In this document: one piece after another, positions 9,023 to 17,416 of the stretch
Numbering within the stretch: the first letter of the stretch is position 1
Layout: each line of letters starts with the position of its first letter
DNA from: an uncultured Lentimicrobiaceae bacterium
GTDB taxonomy: Bacteria > Bacteroidota > Bacteroidia > Bacteroidales > JAGONC01
DNA: 64,000 nucleotides
Direction: 5' to 3'
Assembly: GCA_964628285.1 (NCBI GenBank)
Contig: CAZVNP010000013.1
Location: 931-64,930 of the forward strand
The notes under the pieces: model-generated
The model's input: the letters and a program-made list of their open reading frames with translations, nothing else
What the model was told of the DNA's origin: nothing
Database searches by the model: none
Translations under genes and position numbers: made by a program

Positions 9023-11671
9023 GTGAAAAAAACGATCATAACCGTTGGCATCTCATTTCTGTTTCGGGCATTTGTACTGGGTCAGCCCGATAGCGTTTTC
9101 TATTGTATTACGGATTCCTCCCCTCTCGTCATCAGTGAAAATCAACGCTGGAATGATAACATCGACATCGACAGAAACATTGTCATTGAAAAAGGTGCAA
9201 CTCTCACAATTCATAGTCGTGTAGCCTTATCCCAGGATGCCTCGATCATCGTGAAAAGAGGAGCGATGCTCATCGTTGACGGAGGGACAATCACCAACGC
9301 CTGCAAAGGACTTTGGCGGGGCATCGAGGTACACGGAACCTCTGATCAGCCACAGCAGCCCAATTACCAGGGAACGGTGGTGGTAGAGAATGGCGGCACT
9401 ATCGAGCATGCCGAGACAGGTATCAGAGCTTACCGGTTACTTGCTAATGGACAACCGGATTACGCCTACACCGGAGGTATTGTCATCTGTGACAGCGCTA
9501 ATTTTATCGATAACAGGGTTGCCGTGGAATTTCTCGCCTACCGCAATCCCAATATGGGCTCATTCAATAACTGCCATTTCCTTAACACTACCGGTTACCT
9601 GCCCGGCAGAACCCTTGCTGATTACTTTATCAGGATGACCGATGTGACGGATATACACATTACCCGGTGCACCTTTGAAAATACCTGCGAACAAGCCGCT
9701 GCCGGCAATGGGATATACAGTCTGGGCTCAACCTTTTCGGTGGACCAGGGATGCACTTCTTCCTTAAGGCCCTGCCCCTCGTACGAGCCGTGCAAATTTA
9801 TCAGGTTGAGGCGCGGGATATACGCCACGGATTACAGTACAAACAGCCATGTTTACATCCACGGGTGTGAATTTACAAATACCAAACGTTGCGTTTACAT
9901 AAGCGGCATTGACGGAGCTCAGGTCACATCCAACGTCTTCATGCTGCCGCTAAATGATACAATTGCGGCGGAAAAGTATGGCATCTATCTGAATGAGTCG
10001 ACGGGCTACCATATCGAAGACAACTACTTCACACAGGATGGCGAGCGTTTTGGCAGATGCGGGATATATGTGCGTAATTCCGGCCCTTATTACAACAGCA
10101 TTTACAATAACACCTTTGATCATGTGGGATATGGCATCATTGCAGAGGGAGAGAACCGCAACGGAAATTATGAAGGCTTATGCATCAAATGCAATGATTT
10201 TTCAAATAATATTGAAGATTATTCGGTTGTCAGCCCCATTGGTCCTTATCCTGCTCAAAATAGAGGAATAGCTTATCACCAGGGGTACAGAATAGCTAAT
10301 GATACGGCTCCGGCAGGAAACACCTTCACCCATCCTCCAATTGATTACAATATCATTAACGGTACAGGGTGCAATTATTTTGAATATGTTTATCATGATC
10401 TTCATCCAGATACGGTTGAGGTTTATCCCGATTCTGTTTCAGGAAATCTTTCCAGATATAAACAAGATAATATAACTTACAATAAACTCACTAGTTGTCC
10501 TTCAAAACTGGAAGGTGGTGGTGAAGGCGGTAAAGAGATGATGCAACAATCTTCAATGGAGATTGAAACAAGAGAAGCCCAACTTACATCAATGGTTGAC
10601 GGAGGCAATACGGAAGAAATAAACACCGAGGTTCAGACCAGCTTTCCGGATGAGGCTGAAGAGTTAAGGCAAGACCTGCTCAATGAATCGCCCTATCTTT
10701 CCGATACGGTCATGAAATCGGCTATTTACAAAGAAGAGGTTCTGCCAAGTGCCATGATACGAGATGTGCTGGTTGCAAATCCCCAATCGGCCAAATCCCA
10801 GGATCTGCTTGATGCTTTGGATGACCGTTTTGTTACCATCCCCGATTACATGATGGATGAGATCATGCAGGGACGCAATATTATCGGCTCCAAAGAGGCT
10901 CTTGAAGCTGACATTGCCTGGTGGAGGCAGGAGTACGGCAAAACATTCGATAAACTCTTCTATTTATACAGGAACGATACCATAAACAGTTATGCGAATG
11001 ACAGCCTTATCGACCTTCTTGTCAGTGAACCGTCTTTAAGAGGTAAATACCGTCTGGCATATGCATATTTTTATCAGGATAATATAGACGATATGAACAG
11101 TGTTTTGGATGATATTCCTTTTAGTTTTAACTTTGATGATGCCGGGCAGATGGAGTATGACAACTATGTGACACTCTTTGGAATATTGGAGCAACTGCAA
11201 ACCGATACATCCGGATTGCAGGATATGGATTCTATGTCAGTAAATACCTTGTTAACAATGGCAAATGACGATTATATAATGCCGGGAGTCTATGCACGGA
11301 ATATATTAATTGCACTGGATAAACTTCAATATGATGAGCCGTTTAATTTTCCTGAAAACCTGAAATCATCTGTGATGGATTACTCTTTTTCGAAAAATGA
11401 GTCATCTGTTCAAGACAAACCATATTTGAAGGTTTTTCCCAATCCTGCCGGAGATTATATCATCATTGAATTCGAATCAATTAACGATTCAAACAATATC
11501 ACTTTTAGAATTACAGATACATACGGGAAGTTAATTCAGGAAATGAATTTGAATAAAATGAGAGATCAGGTCGTTATTAAAACAAAAAACTGGAAACAGG
11601 GATTGTATTTGATACAAATGATTAGGAATAATAAAGTTCAAAACCAGACAAAGTTCATTTTATCAAGATAA
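9023..11671 (+). CDS. T9SS-sorted beta-helix protein, paralog of the C-terminal ~860 aa of the 21-6893 protein
   Basis: GTG start and signal peptide. Shares GATLTIHSRVAL...ITNACKGLWRGIEV...QQPNYQGTVVVENGGTIEHAETGIRAYR, SCPSKLEGGG and KVFPNP with the first ORF. Confidence 0.85.
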   Translation: MKKTIITVGISFLFRAFVLGQPDSVFYCITDSSPLVISENQRWNDNIDIDRNIVIEKGATLTIHSRVALSQDASIIVKRGAMLIVDGGTITNACKGLWRGIEVHGTSDQPQQPNYQGTVVVENGGTIEHAETGIRAYRLLANGQPDYAYTGGIVICDSANFIDNRVAVEFLAYRNPNMGSFNNCHFLNTTGYLPGRTLADYFIRMTDVTDIHITRCTFENTCEQAAAGNGIYSLGSTFSVDQGCTSSLRPCPSYEPCKFIRLRRGIYATDYSTNSHVYIHGCEFTNTKRCVYISGIDGAQVTSNVFMLPLNDTIAAEKYGIYLNESTGYHIEDNYFTQDGERFGRCGIYVRNSGPYYNSIYNNTFDHVGYGIIAEGENRNGNYEGLCIKCNDFSNNIEDYSVVSPIGPYPAQNRGIAYHQGYRIANDTAPAGNTFTHPPIDYNIINGTGCNYFEYVYHDLHPDTVEVYPDSVSGNLSRYKQDNITYNKLTSCPSKLEGGGEGGKEMMQQSSMEIETREAQLTSMVDGGNTEEINTEVQTSFPDEAEELRQDLLNESPYLSDTVMKSAIYKEEVLPSAMIRDVLVANPQSAKSQDLLDALDDRFVTIPDYMMDEIMQGRNIIGSKEALEADIAWWRQEYGKTFDKLFYLYRNDTINSYANDSLIDLLVSEPSLRGKYRLAYAYFYQDNIDDMNSVLDDIPFSFNFDDAGQMEYDNYVTLFGILEQLQTDTSGLQDMDSMSVNTLLTMANDDYIMPGVYARNILIALDKLQYDEPFNFPENLKSSVMDYSFSKNESSVQDKPYLKVFPNPAGDYIIIEFESINDSNNITFRITDTYGKLIQEMNLNKMRDQVVIKTKNWKQGLYLIQMIRNNKVQNQTKFILSR

Positions 11672-11680
11672 TAACGGGAT

Positions 11681-13291
11681 ATGATTGGGAAATACCTTTT
11701 TTCATTATTACTGACAGTCAGCTCTTTCCATGTATTCTCACAGGATTGGATCAGGGTTTTTGGAGATAATATAAGTGTCAGAGGAAGTAATGTAATCGAA
11801 ACCTATGATAAAGGTTATGTTATTGGCGCATACATTCTGCCGGATAATATTACACCGAAGTGGGGCTGGATCCTAAAAACAGATATAAATGGGGAAATGT
11901 TATGGGAAAAAAAAATCTATGACGGCATGCACCAGGCACCAATTTCTGAAATACGCCAGACTAATGACGGTGGTTATATTATTTGTGGTTCAACTAGTAA
12001 GTATGATCCTATGATGGATCCATACATCATGAAACTAAATAAATGCGGTGAAAAGGAATGGTGTAAAATTTACAATACGCCCGATAATATGGATTTTGCA
12101 AGAAATATCCTTCAACTTGAAGATAGTGGTTACATATCTTATTTTGCATATTATGCAGAATATGATACGAGAAATAGGATATGGCTGTTCAGACTGGATA
12201 AAAATGGAGAACTGCTATGGAACAATGTCTACCGTGATACTCTATCGAGCACTATTAATGAGGATTGTGCCGACCTGCTGGTTACTCATAATAAGAAGTA
12301 TGTTTTAACGGGTAATATTTATCATGAAGATCAACCAGGCTCTAATATTTTTATAATAAAACCATATTGGGCTATAGTTGATGAGGATATGAAACAATGG
12401 AGCCAGACAATTTGGGGAGCTTTCGAATTTATGTGCGGAGAAGCATTTGACTCAGAAGGAGATTCGTTTACTAACATTTATGGTTGTGGTCAAAACAGAT
12501 CATATCAATATAATCATCGCCCAATCTTATTTAAGTTAAATGCGTATGGAGATACTCTTTGGCATAAAGATGTGATGGAAAATACAAAATATGCTAATGC
12601 TGCAAAACTAACTTTTCTCAATGATTCCGCAATTGTGATAGGTGGGGGATGGATGCTTCCTTATGAAACATATTACCATAGTGGTGTATTTAAGACCGAC
12701 TCAATAGGCTACCTTTTAAAAACAAAGACTCTGATTGACAATGACTATAGTCCCCGGGCATTAACCAAAACCTTTGATAATAAGATAGTAATTATTGGTA
12801 ATTATTTCGTAGGAGCTCTCAATTGGGATCTTTACATGTTTAAAGTTAACAGCGATCTTGAATATGATTCTATTTACACTCAGCCCTTCACATACGACAG
12901 CTTATGTGAAACTGGCATCATTTCCGACACAATTAATCTTGACTGTGATGTAGTGGTCAATATTCCCGAAGAGCCGGAGAAAGAAACAACCGCTCCCTTA
13001 AAGATATGGCCAAATCCAACCACTTGTGATTTACATATAGGCTTACCTGAATGTATTGTCAGCCAAAGCACAGATGGCTTTTTCCATATCTCTCACTTCA
13101 ACCATCAGTACCAGGATAAGTCCGCGCTACAGTTCTTCGATATCTTTGGAAGGAAAGTGTTTGAAGCCTCGCTTGCCAAAGGTCAAAGAGAGGCCATTGC
13201 CGATGTATCCTTCCTTACAAACGGAATATATATCGTCCGGTTGGTATACAAAGGTGGGACAGTCAGCAGCGGGCGGTTTGTGAAGCGGTGA
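11681..13291 (+). CDS. T9SS-sorted beta-propeller protein, paralog of 6944-8548
   Basis: Same architecture. The last ~150 aa are nearly identical (…GTVSSGRFVKR). Confidence 0.85.
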   Translation: MIGKYLFSLLLTVSSFHVFSQDWIRVFGDNISVRGSNVIETYDKGYVIGAYILPDNITPKWGWILKTDINGEMLWEKKIYDGMHQAPISEIRQTNDGGYIICGSTSKYDPMMDPYIMKLNKCGEKEWCKIYNTPDNMDFARNILQLEDSGYISYFAYYAEYDTRNRIWLFRLDKNGELLWNNVYRDTLSSTINEDCADLLVTHNKKYVLTGNIYHEDQPGSNIFIIKPYWAIVDEDMKQWSQTIWGAFEFMCGEAFDSEGDSFTNIYGCGQNRSYQYNHRPILFKLNAYGDTLWHKDVMENTKYANAAKLTFLNDSAIVIGGGWMLPYETYYHSGVFKTDSIGYLLKTKTLIDNDYSPRALTKTFDNKIVIIGNYFVGALNWDLYMFKVNSDLEYDSIYTQPFTYDSLCETGIISDTINLDCDVVVNIPEEPEKETTAPLKIWPNPTTCDLHIGLPECIVSQSTDGFFHISHFNHQYQDKSALQFFDIFGRKVFEASLAKGQREAIADVSFLTNGIYIVRLVYKGGTVSSGRFVKR

Positions 13292-13295
13292 GCGG

Positions 13296-13446
13296 GGGAA
13301 TATCCAATAATGAATATCGACCACAGAACAACAATATCCAACGGTGAATAAGAATGAGAATGTCGAAGTGTTCTTCATTCACGTTCTCATTCTCATTCTT
13401 ATTCAGGATTCATCATTCACGTTCCTTGTTCTGTATTGGATATTCA
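13296..13446. repeat. Degenerate short-unit repeat tract with an inverted repeat
   Basis: tgaataagaatgagaatg is inverted relative to cattctcattcttattca. Shares tcattcacgttctcattc (13375-13392) with 17126-17143. Confidence 0.65.
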
Positions 13447-14316
13447 TTATTCGCCTGATTTCTTCTCAATTTCTCCGGTTGTAAAAACATCCTCTTTGCC
13501 ATTCATGCAGGCGATGTGCATGGCATCCTGGCGCTGCATGATATTCTCAGGATAGGATGCAAAATCAAAAACATAGGGATGCTGAAACCAGTTTTCAATG
13601 TTCATAATGACGGGGTCGACTATGGTGTCGGACTTCACGGTGAAGGACGATGCGGGAAGGACAACCTCGAAATCATTGTGGACGAAGCCGATGATATCAG
13701 GCACATAGATGCTGTCGTGAGCGTATATCTGACCGATACCCAGGTGAAATTCAAAGGGACGGTTTTGGATCATGGTGTCGTTAAGCCATTTGCCGTTCAA
13801 CTTCAGATAGTGATAGCCTCCGCCAAGCACGTCGGGCCAGAACATATCCCTTTCAGGCGGATTGACATACATCAGTGAGATGTTCTTTGCCGCCGGGATG
13901 CCAAAGGTGAAAGAGACAGAATCGTAGTCTCCGTTGGGGATATCATCAAAGACATCCCATTGCATGGTGGAAGGAATGTCATCGTCGACATACCAGATAT
14001 CTTTCCATTGGTGAATGACATAGTCCTCTCCGTCATGCCTGTGAAGGGTCACATCCGAAATAAAATACTGCACTTCCGTCACTAAGTAATGGTTTCCCGC
14101 AGCGTTGGTATAAGCCATGGTATCCTTCATCAAAGGGGCTCCATTCACATGATGTTCAAAGCGGAAAATGATTTTTCCCGTCTGAACGGCCACAGGCTCT
14201 TCATGATCAGGCCGGCATCCTGAATATACGCTTATGATTAAGGCTATGAGAATATAACATATCACCGGGCCTTTAAGGCCGACATCCAAGCTGTATATAT
14301 GAATTTTCCCTTTCAT
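13447..14316 (-). CDS. MbnP-family lipoprotein (copper-associated)
   Basis: Lipobox-like SGC and MbnP-like blocks FEHHVNG...YTNAAGNHY.V...QYFISDVTL, SFTFGI, MFW...GYHYLKLNG. Confidence 0.7.
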   Translation of the reverse strand: MKGKIHIYSLDVGLKGPVICYILIALIISVYSGCRPDHEEPVAVQTGKIIFRFEHHVNGAPLMKDTMAYTNAAGNHYLVTEVQYFISDVTLHRHDGEDYVIHQWKDIWYVDDDIPSTMQWDVFDDIPNGDYDSVSFTFGIPAAKNISLMYVNPPERDMFWPDVLGGGYHYLKLNGKWLNDTMIQNRPFEFHLGIGQIYAHDSIYVPDIIGFVHNDFEVVLPASSFTVKSDTIVDPVIMNIENWFQHPYVFDFASYPENIMQRQDAMHIACMNGKEDVFTTGEIEKKSGE

Positions 14317-14331
14317 TTCATGAATATACTC

Positions 14332-14700
14332 TCATTCATCATGATAAGGCACTGTCCCCGATACGATGACAAAATTTGCCGTGTCATGCTTACTGAAAGC
14401 CTCCTTATAAACCTTGTTGTCAATCAGTATCTTTGCTTTCAGGGACGAATTGATATCATCATAAATGGCTGAGATGAAAACAATATCTCCCTCCTCCACA
14501 ACAAAGTTGTACTTCCATTCATCCTCCTCACTGGCAGGGATGATTCTTTTATGTATCAGATCCGTGTTTTCATTGCGGTACCAGATGTCAAATCCGGAGC
14601 TACAATCCGTCACTAAGTAAGTGACCCGGTACGATTTGTTCACCTCACATGAAAAAGGCATCAGAACTATCAATAACAGCAATATACGCAACTTCTTCAT
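14332..14700 (-). CDS. Small hypothetical lipoprotein
   Basis: Signal peptide with FSC lipobox, tightly coupled between the TonB receptor and MbnP genes. Confidence 0.7.
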   Translation of the reverse strand: MKKLRILLLLIVLMPFSCEVNKSYRVTYLVTDCSSGFDIWYRNENTDLIHKRIIPASEEDEWKYNFVVEEGDIVFISAIYDDINSSLKAKILIDNKVYKEAFSKHDTANFVIVSGTVPYHDE

Positions 14701-14701
14701 C

Positions 14702-17050
14702 TCATATTGTAACGATCAGGTTAATATAAAAATTTCTTCCGGGTTCGTATAAATTAAGGCTTGAACCGATGATCCTCCTGTTCAGATGCTCATAATATAA
14801 CACATTAAAAATATTATTAACGCCTCCGTAAATCTGTAACATTGATTTAAACATATAGCTCACGCGTAAATCGGCCACGACAAAGCCCGGCGTCTTTTTT
14901 TCATAAAAAGCCTGTGAAACATAATTCTGCGGGGCGGTGACCCGTATGGCGGCGATGGGTATAAGCCTGGATCCAAACAATTTATAGCTGAAGGAAAGCG
15001 TGCTTTCAAAAGGGGGCACCTCTGCCAGAGGATCATGTCTGATCTCCTCCTCGCCGGTGATCTGGCTTTGGTCATCCAATACAAGCCTTGTCATTTTCGA
15101 TATGGTCGCCCTGGTATACGCGGCTGTCAAAGTGAATTCCCAGAGGCTCTCTGCCGGTGTTTTCATGCTGAACTCCATGCCGCGAAAAAGCACCGGCTCA
15201 ATATTCTGAAAACGTTTCACGCCCAACACCCCGTCGGATAATGGTTTTTGCTCGGCCGGAGGCACGATCACGCCGGTAATGAATCCGGTCACATAAGAAC
15301 AGAACAGGTTAAATTCAGCCGCACCGGCAAGGGGATGATTAAAGCGCACGGTCAGGTCTATTTCATTGTTCTTTTCCGGTTTAAGTTGGGGATTGCCCAG
15401 ATAATCAAAATTATCGTAGCCCACCGGAAGCAGGGTGATAAAGCGTTCTATCATGTCAGGGCTCCGGACACCCCTGCCGATCATGATTCCTGCCGAAAAA
15501 TAACGGCTGAGGTCATGGTACAGTCCCATGCTCACTCCCGGGTTAAGAAAGTCAGATGTATTATTCCTGCAGGAATAGATCACCTTATCCATCTTCCTGA
15601 TTTCAATATCATCCGAAGTGGCTTTGTTGTCATCCAACCGTGCCGATACGATCCATTCAACATGCTTATGTCTGCCGCGGTATTCGGCAAAGATGCCGGC
15701 ATTTTGGATGACCGCGTTGTTCCATATCTGTTCGACGTATACCGGGAGTGTGGGCTGCATGATAGCGCTTTTGGTACGCTGGCCGTCTTTTGAGATGTTG
15801 CGGTAATCCACGCCGAAGTAAACATCTTGATTTCCCGATTGCCAGTGGCTCTCAGCCCTTAATCCTGTGGTGGCTGACAGCACGTGGGTGACCGCTACCA
15901 TCGTATCGGAGATCGACCTGTTCTTGTTGTCCATCAAATGGTCCACATTAGTTTGGTAGAGTTTCACCTTCAGTGTTTTCCACGGGCTTGCAAGAATGTG
16001 CCATGTATAATCCAGTGATGTCAGGGAGGTGTTGTCTTCCCTCTCATCCATAGGCAGGGTCGGAAAAAGGATTCCCCTGCCATAGGAACGGTCATAGGAG
16101 AGAAGAAGCTCATGTTGACGGGCAACCTTCAATCCTAATTGTCCTGTCAGATTATATTTATGACTTTTTGCTTCAACGGTCTCCCCATTGCCTGCCTTAT
16201 AATCCTCATTCTTTTTGTCATTGGCAGAAAATCTGAAAAAGAGGGTACGATTGCCGCCTTCGACAGCCAGATGCTCTTTCCGGCCGGCGGGATTACCGGT
16301 ATATCCAAGATAAACCGTCGCATCTGCGGTAAAGGTCTCAAAGGGACGGGGTCTGATGGTCCTGATGTTGATCACGCCCCCGAGCGAAGAACCATAGCGC
16401 ATGGCATAAGGACCTTTGATCACTTCCAGCGACTCGATGTCTTCCGGTTCGATGTGTGACACGGCCGGATCCATACGGTTCGGGCATCCGCCTTCGATGG
16501 TCATGCCGTCATCTATCACGACCAGCAGCTGACTGTATTTGAATCCGCGGATGACAGGATCGATGTTGCATCCGCCCTTCCGGATGCCCGCTATATTGGG
16601 TAAGGTCCGCAAGTACTCCCCGACATCACTGAAGCCCGACTGCCTGACCTGTTTCTTTAATTCTATCTGTTTCAAATAAGGCAGATGCTCCGCCGCACCG
16701 TCACGGATCAGGGTGTCCCTGACCTCCACTCCCCTCAGGATATGGACAGCAGGGAACATCTCCAGTGTCATCACCCGATCTCTTCCCGGTTGTATTTGAA
16801 TTTTCCTGGTTATCTCATTGTATCCGAGATGCCGCAGATGCAAGACGTAACTCCCCGGCGGGATGCGGTCCAGTTTGAATGTACCCCATATGTCGGACAC
16901 TGTTCCTGCCGGATGTGTTTCTAAAGTGATCTCCACACCGGCCAAAGGCTGATGGGATTGTCCGTCCACCACATGACCTGTAAGGGATCCCGTTTCCTGA
17001 GCCAACGCCAGCAAAGGGAACAACAGAAAGACCAGTGTAACTAACTTCAT
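14702..17050 (-). CDS. TonB-dependent copper receptor (OprC-like) with N-terminal carboxypeptidase-regulatory-like domain
   Basis: GGCPNRMDP (CxxxM) in the plug and DHLMDN (HxM) in the barrel, matching the OprC copper-binding motif pair. C-terminal PGRNFYINL. Confidence 0.8.
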   Translation of the reverse strand: MKLVTLVFLLFPLLALAQETGSLTGHVVDGQSHQPLAGVEITLETHPAGTVSDIWGTFKLDRIPPGSYVLHLRHLGYNEITRKIQIQPGRDRVMTLEMFPAVHILRGVEVRDTLIRDGAAEHLPYLKQIELKKQVRQSGFSDVGEYLRTLPNIAGIRKGGCNIDPVIRGFKYSQLLVVIDDGMTIEGGCPNRMDPAVSHIEPEDIESLEVIKGPYAMRYGSSLGGVINIRTIRPRPFETFTADATVYLGYTGNPAGRKEHLAVEGGNRTLFFRFSANDKKNEDYKAGNGETVEAKSHKYNLTGQLGLKVARQHELLLSYDRSYGRGILFPTLPMDEREDNTSLTSLDYTWHILASPWKTLKVKLYQTNVDHLMDNKNRSISDTMVAVTHVLSATTGLRAESHWQSGNQDVYFGVDYRNISKDGQRTKSAIMQPTLPVYVEQIWNNAVIQNAGIFAEYRGRHKHVEWIVSARLDDNKATSDDIEIRKMDKVIYSCRNNTSDFLNPGVSMGLYHDLSRYFSAGIMIGRGVRSPDMIERFITLLPVGYDNFDYLGNPQLKPEKNNEIDLTVRFNHPLAGAAEFNLFCSYVTGFITGVIVPPAEQKPLSDGVLGVKRFQNIEPVLFRGMEFSMKTPAESLWEFTLTAAYTRATISKMTRLVLDDQSQITGEEEIRHDPLAEVPPFESTLSFSYKLFGSRLIPIAAIRVTAPQNYVSQAFYEKKTPGFVVADLRVSYMFKSMLQIYGGVNNIFNVLYYEHLNRRIIGSSLNLYEPGRNFYINLIVTI

Positions 17051-17072
17051 CCGAAAGATTGTTATGTTATCA

Positions 17073-17103
17073 TTATGAACTTAAGTTCATAACTACAAAG
17101 TTA
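17073..17103 (-). promoter_or_regulatory. Bacteroidota -7 box (TAACTTTG, 17096-17103, minus strand) plus a perfect 20-bp palindrome, candidate operator (17073-17092)
   Basis: TTATGAACTTAAGTTCATAA is its own reverse complement and lies between the -7 box and the start codon at 17050. Confidence 0.6.
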
Positions 17104-17119
17104 ATTCTTTATTGTGAAT

Positions 17120-17195
17120 TGTTTGTCATTCACGTTCTCATTCATCATTCGTGATTGATGTTCTGTATTCTGTGTTGAATATTGGATATTTTCAT
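17120..17195. repeat. Degenerate repeat tract related to 13296-13446
   Basis: Exact 18-mer tcattcacgttctcattc, plus shared gttctgtatt and attggatatt segments. Confidence 0.6.
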
Positions 17196-17202
17196 AATTT
17201 TG
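17195..17202 (+). promoter_or_regulatory. Candidate -7 promoter box for tRNA-Leu/tig/clpPX
   Basis: TAATTTTG matches the TAnnTTTG consensus about 90 bp upstream of the tRNA. Confidence 0.5.
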
Positions 17203-17292
17203 CACCCCCGGGAAACATATATTTACGGACAATGTCCGTAAGATACTGACCATGTGCTTCACACGTCTCAGAGTGGTTATTTCCCGGCATAT

Positions 17293-17374
17293 GCGGATGT
17301 GGCGGAATTGGTAGACGCTCCAGATTTAGGATCTGGTGCCGCAAGGCGTGGGGGTTCGAGTCCCTTCATCCGCA
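17293..17374 (+). tRNA. tRNA-Leu (anticodon TAG)
   Basis: GCGGATG acceptor pairs with CATCCGC-A. D-loop GGAATTGGTAGAC, anticodon arm CCAGA-TTTAGGA-TCTGG, long variable arm, T-loop GGTTCGAGTCC. CCA is not encoded. Confidence 0.95.
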
Positions 17375-17416
17375 CTTTTTATGTATTTAACTGTTTATAA
17401 TCAAAAATAATCCCTG

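Noticed and set aside
17293-17374. tRNA-Leu as the integration site of the 1-17 kb accessory block
   Set aside because: The accessory DNA lies 5' of the tRNA. No duplicated tRNA 3' end or integrase is visible.
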